A stretch of 63,825 nucleotides of DNA, filler included, from an uncultured Methanosarcinales archaeon (GTDB lineage Archaea; Nanobdellota; Nanobdellia; Woesearchaeales; DATDXC01), in assembly GCA_964510025.1 (NCBI GenBank). It is 4 parts of 4 records of this genome, joined end to end, with 100 filler letters (N's around TTAATTAATTAA, not from the genome) between each part and the next. Parts side by side here need not be neighbours in the genome. Positions count along the whole stretch, not along the records: positions 1 to 28,090 come from CAZDZV010000017.1; positions 28,191 to 53,148 come from CAZDZV010000018.1; 2 more parts are not named here. One strand, written 5' to 3'. The notes under the pieces were generated by a model. The model searched no databases and was not told where the DNA came from. It saw only the letters and a list, made by a program, of their open reading frames with translations. Shown here piece by piece: positions 18,929 through 28,191 of this stretch. A program made the translations under genes and the position numbers. Position 1 is the first letter of the stretch, and every line of letters begins with the position of its first letter.

Positions 18929-20251
18929 TCAAAATCGGCAGCCTGCATACCTGTCACTAAACTTTTCCCTGCTCTTTGCTATATATATCTTATCAGAACT
19001 TTTTGCGATATATGGTGCAATGGGCTTGATGAATCGCCAGGCGCAGCAGAAAGTGTAGGCTCCTTGGTGCAGCACAGCCAGGACATCTCCTTTTTTTATT
19101 TCTTTTCCGTAATAGCTGTAGCCCCATAGGTCGGACGGATCGCATAGGGCCCCATATATCACCTTTCGTTTAAGCTGAAGGGAAGGACTAGAAAGATTGA
19201 CTATCGGTGCAAAGCTATATTCCTCAAATCGATAGTCCCCTACAAGGTTTATCCCGCCATCGGTGATGACGCAGCCGCCCTTTACTGAACTGACCCTAAC
19301 TAGTATAGACGTAGAATGGGTTGCGATAAACCTGCCCGGCTCAAGATAGATCTTGCATCCTAGCTTCTCTTTTTTCAGGGCAGCAGCTATGCTTCTGGCA
19401 AATTTTTCTAGTGGATCGACTTTTTCAACTGAAAACAGATAAGGGTCCATATCTGTCTTGGTTATTTCTAGCTCCGAGAGTATCTTTATTAGATCATATT
19501 TTAGGCTGTATTTGTGCAGCTCGCCGATATCTTCCGGATAGAAGCCGCCACCTAGATCCAGAAACTCCAGATTATATTTCCGGATATACTTCCCAAGTGC
19601 ACGGATGCCTTCTATATATCTTGCAGGCTCCTGGTTCCAGCTGCAGTGGAAATGCAGCCCTTTGAGCTGCAGGCTGCTGGAAGCCCTTACCATATTGATC
19701 GCTTTATCAAGTTCGTCCATATTTACCCCGAATTTAGACCATGCCTTTGTCAATGTGTCGGAAGGATTGACCCTTATGCCAACCTTTACCGGTTTTTTAG
19801 GTCTCATCGAGATGATCTTCTCGATCTCATCGATATTATCCACATTGATGACCAGATCATGCTCGATGGCTAACCTTAGTTCCTCATGGCCCTTGCCTGG
19901 TCCAGTGAATACAATTTTCCTGAACCCGAGTTTTATCGCCAGCTGAAGCTCATATATCCCCGCAACATCAGCATGGTATCCTTCGTCCAGCACCGTCTTT
20001 GCTATTTCAGGCAGATCATTGCATTTGAAAGCATAAAAAACCTCAACATCTGGTACATGTTTCCTGAAGGTATGCAGAAAGAATCTTGCCCTGGCTCTCA
20101 GCATGTCGGTGTCCAGAAAATACTGCGGCGTACCGAATCTCCTGGCGCTTTTAAGCATACTATCTATGTCCAGTTTTCTGATATATTTGTTATATACGCC
20201 GGGTTTGTCAGACTCCAGCTTCTTCTTCAAAAGCTTTTCAAGCGCCTTCAT
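18929..20251 (-). CDS. PLP-dependent fold-III decarboxylase (DAP/ornithine/arginine decarboxylase family)
   Basis: FYAFKCN (PLP Lys), FTGPGK, SKFG, LHFH, DLGGGF, EPGRF, GALCDPSD, GAY. Confidence 0.88.
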   Translation of the reverse strand: MKALEKLLKKKLESDKPGVYNKYIRKLDIDSMLKSARRFGTPQYFLDTDMLRARARFFLHTFRKHVPDVEVFYAFKCNDLPEIAKTVLDEGYHADVAGIYELQLAIKLGFRKIVFTGPGKGHEELRLAIEHDLVINVDNIDEIEKIISMRPKKPVKVGIRVNPSDTLTKAWSKFGVNMDELDKAINMVRASSSLQLKGLHFHCSWNQEPARYIEGIRALGKYIRKYNLEFLDLGGGFYPEDIGELHKYSLKYDLIKILSELEITKTDMDPYLFSVEKVDPLEKFARSIAAALKKEKLGCKIYLEPGRFIATHSTSILVRVSSVKGGCVITDGGINLVGDYRFEEYSFAPIVNLSSPSLQLKRKVIYGALCDPSDLWGYSYYGKEIKKGDVLAVLHQGAYTFCCAWRFIKPIAPYIAKSSDKIYIAKSREKFSDRYAGCRF

Positions 20252-21476
20252 TCTCAATCTCCAGTTTTAGATGTCTTTTCACCAGCTTAAAAATGTTTTG
20301 TATATCATTGACCTCATCAAATATAAGATAGCCTAGAAACATCTCCGTAGGATCGACCTGATTGAAGCGGACTATGTCTCCAGGTTGATTATAAAAAAAA
20401 TGACCGTCAAGGCCCCTAAAATCATCTATATCAAGCCTGATGATTTTGCCTTGCATGGGAGCGATTATGTGGACAGCCAGGCCCTGGCGTCTGTTGATCC
20501 CATATCTTGTTTTCCTTTGCATCTTAAGGTCGATCATTGCGCCTATAGAGCTGTAGCCGTATACCCTTTGCATCAGCACTATAAAAGTGCCGAATCCCGG
20601 CCTAATCGAGCATTCTACAACGAACATCCCGTCCCTGTTAATCTTGAAATCCACCATGCATACCCCTTCACCTATATGCAGGGATGTTGCCACCTTGCCG
20701 CACACTTCCAGTAGCTTTTCAAACTCTATTCCCTCGGATTTCATTGTATCCCTGTTCATCAGGAAATATCCTCCAAAAAGGCCAAAATAGCTGCTTGGCA
20801 GCTTCTTGACAGTCCTTAGAAGGCTGATGCGGCCGCCTGAAACCATAAAATCACAGCTGTACTCCTGGCCATCTATGAATTCTTCCACAAGATACTGTCT
20901 TCTTGAGTCAAACCATTTTTGTCCCCATTGCAGCTCCCTAAATCTCTTATCATCTTTGTCGATGCTTGCTTTGAATGCGAGCAAATTTCTCTTGAGGCTG
21001 GCCATATCTTTGTTGAAGAGCACAAACTCGCTGCCGCTCCCGCATATCGGCTTCAGCACATTCGGAAAGCTGATTTTGTTGTCTTCAGCAGTTTCTATCA
21101 TGCAATAATCTGCGCTAGGCACATCGCATGCTGAGAATCTTTTCTTCATGGCATATTTGTTGGATGCTATCTGCAGCACTTCTTCTGTATAGAAATCAAG
21201 CGAAAAGTGTTCTGCCAGGGCCTTTGTGAGCAGGAACTGCTCCTCGTCATCGATGCCCACTATACCCTGCAGCTTTATGTCATTCTTGTATATGTATTCC
21301 TCTATCTTGCTTATCAGCAGCTTTGTCGAGCTGAAATCATCGACTATATAGTGGCCATCATAATTGTAATCTTCCCTGAAATCCCTAGTGCATACCAGCA
21401 GCACATCCTTATGCTTGCCTATTAAAGAGTAGGAAAGTTCTTCATTAGGGATGTAGCTGGCAGGAAATAATATCAT
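20238..21476 (-). CDS. ATP-grasp ligase (L-amino-acid-ligase/carboxylate-amine ligase-like)
   Basis: NKYAMK, FPNVLKPICGSGSEFV, LVEEFIDGQEYSCD, MVDFK, VECSIRPG. Confidence 0.85.
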   Translation of the reverse strand: MILFPASYIPNEELSYSLIGKHKDVLLVCTRDFREDYNYDGHYIVDDFSSTKLLISKIEEYIYKNDIKLQGIVGIDDEEQFLLTKALAEHFSLDFYTEEVLQIASNKYAMKKRFSACDVPSADYCMIETAEDNKISFPNVLKPICGSGSEFVLFNKDMASLKRNLLAFKASIDKDDKRFRELQWGQKWFDSRRQYLVEEFIDGQEYSCDFMVSGGRISLLRTVKKLPSSYFGLFGGYFLMNRDTMKSEGIEFEKLLEVCGKVATSLHIGEGVCMVDFKINRDGMFVVECSIRPGFGTFIVLMQRVYGYSSIGAMIDLKMQRKTRYGINRRQGLAVHIIAPMQGKIIRLDIDDFRGLDGHFFYNQPGDIVRFNQVDPTEMFLGYLIFDEVNDIQNIFKLVKRHLKLEIENEGA

Positions 21477-21477
21477 T

Positions 21478-22785
21478 TCAGACTACTTCCTTTATTATGC
21501 TGCCTATCTTGGAGCTCAGCTTAGCCGGCATGCTCAACGATCTGTGTATGCCAAAAAATTTCTTAAAAAGCTCATCTTCTCTGGACTTTGCTTCATCCAG
21601 GAAGCTTTTCTTAAAAAGCTCAAGAAGATCGCCTCTGACCCCTCTTTTATGGGCCAGATAGAAGGCAAAAAGCTGCTCATCTCTTACAGCTCGGGGCTTT
21701 TCATATGCCCTTCCTGGTTTTGAGAAAAGTGGGTAGTATCTTTTGAACTCTTTGCTGAAAAAATCTATTTGAAAGCCTGCTTTTTTTGGATCGACGCCGA
21801 CTGCTTTGCTATAAAGATAGTTTTTTGCGCACATAGGGCATTTATAACACCATCTGCCTTTTCTGTTCCCCCCGCAGGACATCAGGAAAGGAAGGAGTTT
21901 TTTATACCTCTCGTTAAGCATCTTATACTCCACAATATTGTAAATAGGCTCAATGAGGCTTACAACACGGAAGCCTGTGCCAAATCTTTCCAGACTTAGG
22001 TTGGAAAGATACATATACTCTGAAGTCTGATCATATGAAGGATAAGCTCTGTAGCCATCCTTGTTCATAAAGCTATCGTTGAAGTTCTGTTCATTCCCCA
22101 TTATTAAATATTTAGCATCCACATTATGCGCTATGGGAAGCACCTCGAGTGTATACGATAACATGGCATTTGTTCTGATAAACTCATGGTACATATATGA
22201 GCCGCGGTTGAAAAGACGGTCTGTATTATCCCTAACAAAGATTACATCCTCTCCAAGCATTTGTTTAAATCTCCTTATTATTGACAATTTATGCCTATAT
22301 TCATTCCTGTCCACCTCTTCAGTATCATTAAAAAAAACTAAGGTAACATGCATCCCAAGCTCTTTAGCCAGACCATAGCTAAGAAGGCTGTCTTTTCCAA
22401 AGGACATGCCGATTAGAGCATCATCAGGGCTAGGTGCTCGCAGCGAAATCTTCGGCTTATCTTTGTGCTTAAAAAAAACTCTCCTTCTGTTAAAAGAATC
22501 CACCAAAGACTTAGTGCTGCAGTCCAGCTCATCTGCAACAAGCGGTAGTTCCTTATATATGCCCTTGTCGATCAGGTTTTCAAAAAAAACCTTTTGATCA
22601 AAACTAAGCCTTCTTTCAAGGCATTTCGGAGCAGTTAATAGATATAAAAGGTTCTCTGCTATCCTTCTTGTGTTATCAAGACCAAAATCAGTGTAATCCT
22701 CAGAGTATTCAATCACATATTTGTGCTTTCCTACTAAAATCTGGATTTTGTCTGCAGAAACGGATAAACCAGCCATCCTAAACAT
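21478..22785 (-). CDS. MurL-like / PP-loop adenine-nucleotide alpha-hydrolase superfamily protein (paralog B)
   Basis: MSFGKDSLLSY PP-loop-like motif, GNEQ, YPSYDQ, LMSC, WCYKCPMC; clear paralog of the upstream gene; start uncertain (22815/22785/22776). Confidence 0.65.
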   Translation of the reverse strand: MFRMAGLSVSADKIQILVGKHKYVIEYSEDYTDFGLDNTRRIAENLLYLLTAPKCLERRLSFDQKVFFENLIDKGIYKELPLVADELDCSTKSLVDSFNRRRVFFKHKDKPKISLRAPSPDDALIGMSFGKDSLLSYGLAKELGMHVTLVFFNDTEEVDRNEYRHKLSIIRRFKQMLGEDVIFVRDNTDRLFNRGSYMYHEFIRTNAMLSYTLEVLPIAHNVDAKYLIMGNEQNFNDSFMNKDGYRAYPSYDQTSEYMYLSNLSLERFGTGFRVVSLIEPIYNIVEYKMLNERYKKLLPFLMSCGGNRKGRWCYKCPMCAKNYLYSKAVGVDPKKAGFQIDFFSKEFKRYYPLFSKPGRAYEKPRAVRDEQLFAFYLAHKRGVRGDLLELFKKSFLDEAKSREDELFKKFFGIHRSLSMPAKLSSKIGSIIKEVV

Positions 22786-24130
22786 CCAGCTCTTCTTTGT
22801 AGATTGATTCCACATCTGTTCTTATCTTGGCAGGTAAGGTCTTGGACCGATACACCGAAAAAAAGGCATTCATCAGGTCTTCTTCCTTTTCCTTGGCTAG
22901 CGCAAGATATTTTTTCTTGAAAACATCTATGAGCTGTCCTTTTACTCCTCTTTTGTATGCCATATAAAAAGCCAGCAGCTGCTCTTCTCTCCCACAACCG
23001 CTAGCATCATAGCCAGTTTTTGCTCCGGCATCTAATCCGAATATAGAATACAATTTCCGGAATTTCATATCGAGCATGTTCGTGTTATAACCGAATGATT
23101 TAGGATCAAATCCATTAGCTAGTAGAAAAATGAAAATTCTGGCGCATTTGGGGCAATGCTGGCAAAGGTAGTAATCGGAACCGTGCTCGGTGTCATCAGG
23201 AAAGCAGGAAATCTGATACCTGCCTAGATTAGGATATCTGCTATGGAGTATTTTGATGATAGCCAGCTCATTCAGCGGTTCTACCAAGCTAACCACACAT
23301 CCTTGCGAGCTTGTCAACGCCTTTATCATCCTATCGAGCTGGATCATCCATTCGCTTGATTGGTCATAGACAGGATAAGCCTTATAGCCATCTTTATTTA
23401 TATAAAAATCATTACAGCTTTGCTCATTTCCTAGGATGAGATATTTTGCTTTTAGATAATGCGCAAATGGAAGCAGATTTAGGGATAGCTCTGTAAGAAG
23501 ATGGCCATATCCCCATTCGCTTTTTCTGTTCCCCCAGAACATCGACCTGTGTATGATGGAGGTATTGTTTACGAGCTCCCACACTTTCGTCTTGAACTCT
23601 CTTGAAAATTTTTGGGCAATACTCTTTTTATGTTTGTTCTCGATTGGACAGTCTACATCAGAAGTCTGTACCGGCTTAGGCTCAAGCTTTATCTCATCAG
23701 CCACCCCATAGCTTAGAAGGCTTTCTTTGCCGAACGACATGGACAATATCGCCTTTTCATCCAGGATTCCTGGGTACTCTGCAATCTGCGTGGATATGCC
23801 TTTGAAATCAAAATCAAGATTCATGAACCTCTTTATCTCTTCAGCAGTTGAAAGATTGTCCACATCCGCACAAAAAGAAATATTATTTAGTATGCAGTTA
23901 AAAATCGCGTGCTTGAACATCGGATTCTTTGTGCTGTAATATATCTTCTTGGTGGATTCCATAAACTGGGGAAGGTGTATTGTTTTAAGGAAGGCATAGT
24001 TATTTACCATGATCTCCTTAAATTCAGTGGGGTAGCTGCCCCAGATTTCCTCAGGATAATCTAGTGAAAATTTCTTGTCATCTATATGCAGCTCTATGCC
24101 CTGCGCAGTTGCCTTACAACCTACTTTCAT
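22778..24130 (-). CDS. MurL-like / PP-loop adenine-nucleotide alpha-hydrolase superfamily protein (paralog A)
   Basis: MSFGKESLLSY, GYGHL, GNEQSCN, YPVYDQS, ISC, CQHCPKCARIFIFL; motif order matches MurL as recalled. Confidence 0.65.
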   Translation of the reverse strand: MKVGCKATAQGIELHIDDKKFSLDYPEEIWGSYPTEFKEIMVNNYAFLKTIHLPQFMESTKKIYYSTKNPMFKHAIFNCILNNISFCADVDNLSTAEEIKRFMNLDFDFKGISTQIAEYPGILDEKAILSMSFGKESLLSYGVADEIKLEPKPVQTSDVDCPIENKHKKSIAQKFSREFKTKVWELVNNTSIIHRSMFWGNRKSEWGYGHLLTELSLNLLPFAHYLKAKYLILGNEQSCNDFYINKDGYKAYPVYDQSSEWMIQLDRMIKALTSSQGCVVSLVEPLNELAIIKILHSRYPNLGRYQISCFPDDTEHGSDYYLCQHCPKCARIFIFLLANGFDPKSFGYNTNMLDMKFRKLYSIFGLDAGAKTGYDASGCGREEQLLAFYMAYKRGVKGQLIDVFKKKYLALAKEKEEDLMNAFFSVYRSKTLPAKIRTDVESIYKEELDV

Positions 24131-25122
24131 ATGGAGCCCCCATGTTTACCTCTGGACAAAGCGCTTTCTATTATAACCGATATCATTTTTTTGTACTCAT
24201 ATCCCTGCACTTTTACCATTGCAGCCAGCCCTGCATCGAGGGATATATCTGGGTTGGGATTGACCTCCAGTATGTAGGGGTTCCCTTTCTTGTCTACACG
24301 AAAATCTACCCTAAAATAATCCCGGCATAGCATCAGGTTTGCGGCCCGCAATGCCAGCTTCACCAGCCTCTTTTTCAGCGCTGAGGTGATATTAGCAGGG
24401 CATTGCCTTACTGTACCATTGTAGTCTATGCTTCCTTCTTTCCATTTCGCCGAGTAATTCACTATCCTGGGCTTCCCGGATGGTAAGTCGAATTTAATCT
24501 CTGATACAGGAAGTACGATATCACCGATAACACCAACATTATACTCACTGCCATCTATGTAGCTTTCTACCAGCGCTGGCTGATTATATTCATCGATAAT
24601 ATGCCTGATCCTCTGGCTGAGCTCATCAGCGTTATTTACGACAGACTCATCTCTGATTCCGATCGAAGCATCTTCATGTACTGGCTTGACAATCAAAGGA
24701 AAATCCAAGCTTGACTTATCTGTTGCCTTCTTAAAAACATTGAACTCAGGAGTAGGTATCTTATGATATGCTAGAAGTTTCTTTGCTCTGGCCTTATTGA
24801 GACATAGCGCCAAGCTCAGATAAGACGATCCAGTATAAGGTATTCCGAGCAAATCAAGCATCGCTGGAACATGCGGCTCTAGCTCTGGATCTGAAAAGAA
24901 GCCGTCATCACACAGGTTAAACACCAGATCAAGATTATTTTTTTCTTTTCTTAGCTTTTCAAAAATATCCAGATCTACATAATAGCTGGTCACATCATGC
25001 CCTAGCTCCTTTAAGGCAGTCATGACAGATTCAGCATCATCATTGGTGTCCCTTCCTTCCCAGTCCTTTTGTGAAGGATCTGCATATTTATCCCTTCTGG
25101 TAAAAATGACGCCGATTTTCAT
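24127..25122 (-). CDS. D-Ala-D-Ala ligase-like ATP-grasp protein (copy 2)
   Basis: DLVFNL, LLGIPYTGS, NKARAK, FPLIVKP, ASIGI, YSAKW, FRVDFR, LEVNPNP. Confidence 0.88.
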   Translation of the reverse strand: MKIGVIFTRRDKYADPSQKDWEGRDTNDDAESVMTALKELGHDVTSYYVDLDIFEKLRKEKNNLDLVFNLCDDGFFSDPELEPHVPAMLDLLGIPYTGSSYLSLALCLNKARAKKLLAYHKIPTPEFNVFKKATDKSSLDFPLIVKPVHEDASIGIRDESVVNNADELSQRIRHIIDEYNQPALVESYIDGSEYNVGVIGDIVLPVSEIKFDLPSGKPRIVNYSAKWKEGSIDYNGTVRQCPANITSALKKRLVKLALRAANLMLCRDYFRVDFRVDKKGNPYILEVNPNPDISLDAGLAAMVKVQGYEYKKMISVIIESALSRGKHGGSI

Positions 25123-25145
25123 CTTTAATTCCTTAATCTGCATTA

Positions 25146-26153
25146 TTATTTAAGTCTTTTCCACCTTTTAATTGCAGAATCCAGGACTTCCTTGATTAGC
25201 CGGTTATAGCTCCATCCAGCTGAGTAAGCAGCTCTCGGAAGCCTTGAGTTTTCCCTGGGATCTTTCATAAATCCAGGCAGCGCATTTACTTCCAGAACAT
25301 TCGGCATGTTACTCTTGTCCAGCCGGATATCGATCCTGCACCAGTCTTTGCAGTCAAGAACCTCGAAGGTCTTAAGCGCTATTTGTCGTATTCTCCTTTC
25401 CAGATCCCTGTCAAGATTTGCGGGGCATTCCAGGGGATCCTTGCCTGATTTAGGATTATCATAAATCCATTTTGCCTCGTATGAGTCCATCGGGTGTATT
25501 CCATTAGGCAGATGGTCAAATCGTATCTCGACAATAGGAAGGACAATGGGGTTATGGTAGCCGATTACTGAGACGGTGAATTCTCTCCCTTGCAAAAACT
25601 CCTCGGCAATTGCCGGCTGTTTATAGTCTTTTTTTATTTTTTTTACGATCTTCTTCAGCTGGCTTTCGTTCTTTACCAGATTCTCGTTGAATAATCCTTT
25701 GGATGATCCCTCAAAAAGAGGTTTCACCAAAAGGGGAAAATCAAGCGAGATTTCATCATCCTCTTCTAATACCTGGAACCTTGGGGTCGGGATCCTGTTT
25801 CTATCTAGTATCTCTTTAGTCTTTGCTTTGTTAAGTGTGTTAATGAGTGTCTTAGAACCTGAAGCGCTGAAGGGTATGTTCAGCTCTTCGCATATCCTCG
25901 GTACAATGGCTTCCCTTTCCTCACCCAGGTTCCCTTCTGCAACATTGAAAACCAAGTCTATTTGGTCTTTCCTCGCCTCCAGTATTCCCCTTATATCCTC
26001 ACCGACATTTACAATTTCCACACTATGACCGTCTGCCCTGATCGCATCTGCTAGATCGTCTATGGTTTTTTCACTGTCAAATTCAGCGTATTTATCATCA
26101 CTGACATTATCTGGCTTGATGCTGGCTGTCAATAAGATCCTGATAAAAATCAC
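25146..26153 (-). CDS. D-Ala-D-Ala ligase-like ATP-grasp protein (copy 1); start possibly ATC at 26144
   Basis: DLVFNVAEG, NIPFSAS, FPLLVKPLFEGSSKG, GREFTV, YEAKW, CRIDIR, LEVNALPG. Confidence 0.88.
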   Translation of the reverse strand: MIFIRILLTASIKPDNVSDDKYAEFDSEKTIDDLADAIRADGHSVEIVNVGEDIRGILEARKDQIDLVFNVAEGNLGEEREAIVPRICEELNIPFSASGSKTLINTLNKAKTKEILDRNRIPTPRFQVLEEDDEISLDFPLLVKPLFEGSSKGLFNENLVKNESQLKKIVKKIKKDYKQPAIAEEFLQGREFTVSVIGYHNPIVLPIVEIRFDHLPNGIHPMDSYEAKWIYDNPKSGKDPLECPANLDRDLERRIRQIALKTFEVLDCKDWCRIDIRLDKSNMPNVLEVNALPGFMKDPRENSRLPRAAYSAGWSYNRLIKEVLDSAIKRWKRLK

Positions 26154-26201
26154 CTGAGAAAAACTGATTGTTAAGGCTATTTAAATATTTTTATTTAATC
26201 A

Positions 26202-27512
26202 TTATGATCGATAGCTGACGATATCGCTTAGCAAAACAAATGTGCCTTTGAATATTTGTTCAGGAGATGAATACTCTTCAGGTCGGTGGCTTCTGCCAAG
26301 TCTGCAGGGGATGAATCTCATTCCTACAGGTATCGCTGAATCATCAGACCTTTGTTGACCTGCTATGATCATACCATCATGGCCGGCTCCGCTTGGCATT
26401 ACTTTATATGAATACCCCAAATCACGACACGAGGAAATCCCCACTCTTTTCAGGTTATCATCCAACAAGGCTATTGGTTCTCCTTGGCTTACTGTAGAGA
26501 TCTCTGCAGATATATTATTCTTAGGCGAATACTGGGATACAATATTCCTGATGTACTCTACAAACCCATTAAGGGCAGCCTTATTATATCCACGGATGTC
26601 CAAATAAAACTCTAAATAGTCAGGGACTATATTAATCGCTGCATCCTCTCCAGTTTGTATCATAGTCACGTCCCAGACAATGTCTTCCTGTTTTTCCCTT
26701 ATTCTTCTCCAGCCCTCTCTTTCTATGGCATGATACATATGTGCAAAAGCTCTCGTAGTGCTGCTTCTTAATTCCATGGGGGTTGCACCGGAATGGTCAG
26801 GTTCTCCATATAGTCTTACTCTCAGGCGTTCATACCCCCTAATAGAGTTCACGATACCCATATCAAGATGAGAATGCTCCAGATCTCTCGCCTGCTCTAT
26901 GTGCAATTCGAGGTATGCTTCGACCAGATCTGGACTGATGCTTCCTTCCCCTTTTGCAACAGCCTCAATATCATAGTGATTGCCCACAAGCACATGTTCA
27001 AGAGTGATACCATTTGAATCCTCATATTTCAAAACTTCTGGGTCCAGTACGCCAAAAGCACATCTGGAGCCGATATATGGAACTTTAAATCTTGAAGATT
27101 CTTCACCTCGCCATATTACAACTGAAACGTTGAACTCAGGCTGAAAACCAATCCTTTTGATTGCTTTTAACGCTTCAAGTCCACCCACAATGCCCACAAT
27201 TCCATCGTAATTTCCACCATTAGGAACAGTATCAGCATGAGATCCCACAAAAAATGTCCTCCTATGCAGTGGATTCTCCACTAAGCTGATATACCTATTG
27301 CCGAATTCATCTTGCTCTACAAACAGGCCTTCTTTTTGCCCTACACTAGACAGATAATCCATAACTGCAGTCTCCTCAGGAGAAAAAGCCAGGCGTGTAT
27401 AGCCGCTTCCGCTTCTGCTTCTCCCTATCTCCGCAATTTTGGTTATATGCTGACAAATGCCTGTAGTCGTTATTACATCTCGAGCAGCATTTACTAGTGT
27501 GCGTTTATCCAT
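26202..27512 (-). CDS. M20-family Zn amidohydrolase (N-carbamoyl-amino-acid/allantoate amidohydrolase type)
   Basis: YTRLAFS, GSHADTVPNGGNYDG, EESSRF, ELHIEQ, DHSGATPM, SGAGHD, SHRPEE. Confidence 0.9.
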   Translation of the reverse strand: MDKRTLVNAARDVITTTGICQHITKIAEIGRSRSGSGYTRLAFSPEETAVMDYLSSVGQKEGLFVEQDEFGNRYISLVENPLHRRTFFVGSHADTVPNGGNYDGIVGIVGGLEALKAIKRIGFQPEFNVSVVIWRGEESSRFKVPYIGSRCAFGVLDPEVLKYEDSNGITLEHVLVGNHYDIEAVAKGEGSISPDLVEAYLELHIEQARDLEHSHLDMGIVNSIRGYERLRVRLYGEPDHSGATPMELRSSTTRAFAHMYHAIEREGWRRIREKQEDIVWDVTMIQTGEDAAINIVPDYLEFYLDIRGYNKAALNGFVEYIRNIVSQYSPKNNISAEISTVSQGEPIALLDDNLKRVGISSCRDLGYSYKVMPSGAGHDGMIIAGQQRSDDSAIPVGMRFIPCRLGRSHRPEEYSSPEQIFKGTFVLLSDIVSYRS

Positions 27513-27602
27513 AGGCTAGAGAATCCTTACACCCTATTTAAATCTTTCCAAATGTTATTACTTAAAAAAGACGACTAAAATGACAAAAAGCATTAGAAGA
27601 GT

Positions 27603-28090
27603 TTATGTACATATCCTGTCCAGCTTATCCAGCTCGATTGCCTTTTTTATCTCCATTGCTATCCTTTCACCGTAAGAAATGCTCTCACCGTAGAGATATC
27701 CGGTATGGGGTGTAAACCTGGTGCCAGGACTGCCGGGGATCCTGAAAGAAACATCAAATATTACGATCTCTTCTTTTCCCTCGAATGCAGCGACCGACCC
27801 CTGCAGCGCAAAGGGCCCGATTATTCCTGGAGGATGCTCCTTGCTGCATGTCTCAACAAACCGCTCACCTATCTTGAATATTTTCTCGATAATGCTTTCT
27901 TTGGTGGTAACTGCATAGTGCCCTGTCTCTATAAGCTTAGGCTGATTATACTTCAGTATCTCAAGCTGGATATCTGCCGGCAGTCTTAGGAACCCGTCAA
28001 GGTTAGTCTGCCTTCTGGTGTCTGTGCCCATTAGCTCCAGTTCTTTGTCTATCCCAGAATAAAAATAATTGAAATTGACTTGGGCCCCTA
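27603..28090 (-). CDS. purP: PurP-like formate--phosphoribosylaminoimidazolecarboxamide ligase family, 3' part truncated by the contig edge
   Basis: Frame open to the gap: AQVNFNYFYS...ELMGTDTRRQTNLDG, GIIGPFALQ, DVSFRIPGSP, GERIAMEIK. Confidence 0.82.
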
Positions 28091-28190
28091 NNNNNNNNNN
28101 NNNNNNNNNNNNNNNNNNNNNNNNNNNNNNNNNNTTAATTAATTAANNNNNNNNNNNNNNNNNNNNNNNNNNNNNNNNNNNNNNNNNNNN
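28091..28190. other. Artificial contig spacer (N run with TTAATTAATTAA all-frame stop linker)
   Basis: Identical 100-nt structure occurs three times. Confidence 0.98.
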
Positions 28191-28191
28191 G

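Noticed and set aside
17139..26153. Pyrrolysine biosynthesis (radical SAM lysine mutase plus ATP-grasp)
   Set aside because: The radical SAM enzyme is KamA-type with a PLP-lysine motif, not PylB; no pylD, pylS or tRNA-Pyl seen
24127..26153. Peptidoglycan synthesis or a van resistance locus
   Set aside because: No Mur ligases, racemase, VanH/VanX or regulators in the window; ligase specificity motifs differ from Ddl and VanA
28091..28190. TTAATTAATTAA palindromic repeat within N runs (also 53149-53248 and 60004-60103)
   Set aside because: Artificial contig linker; adjacency across these points is not biological
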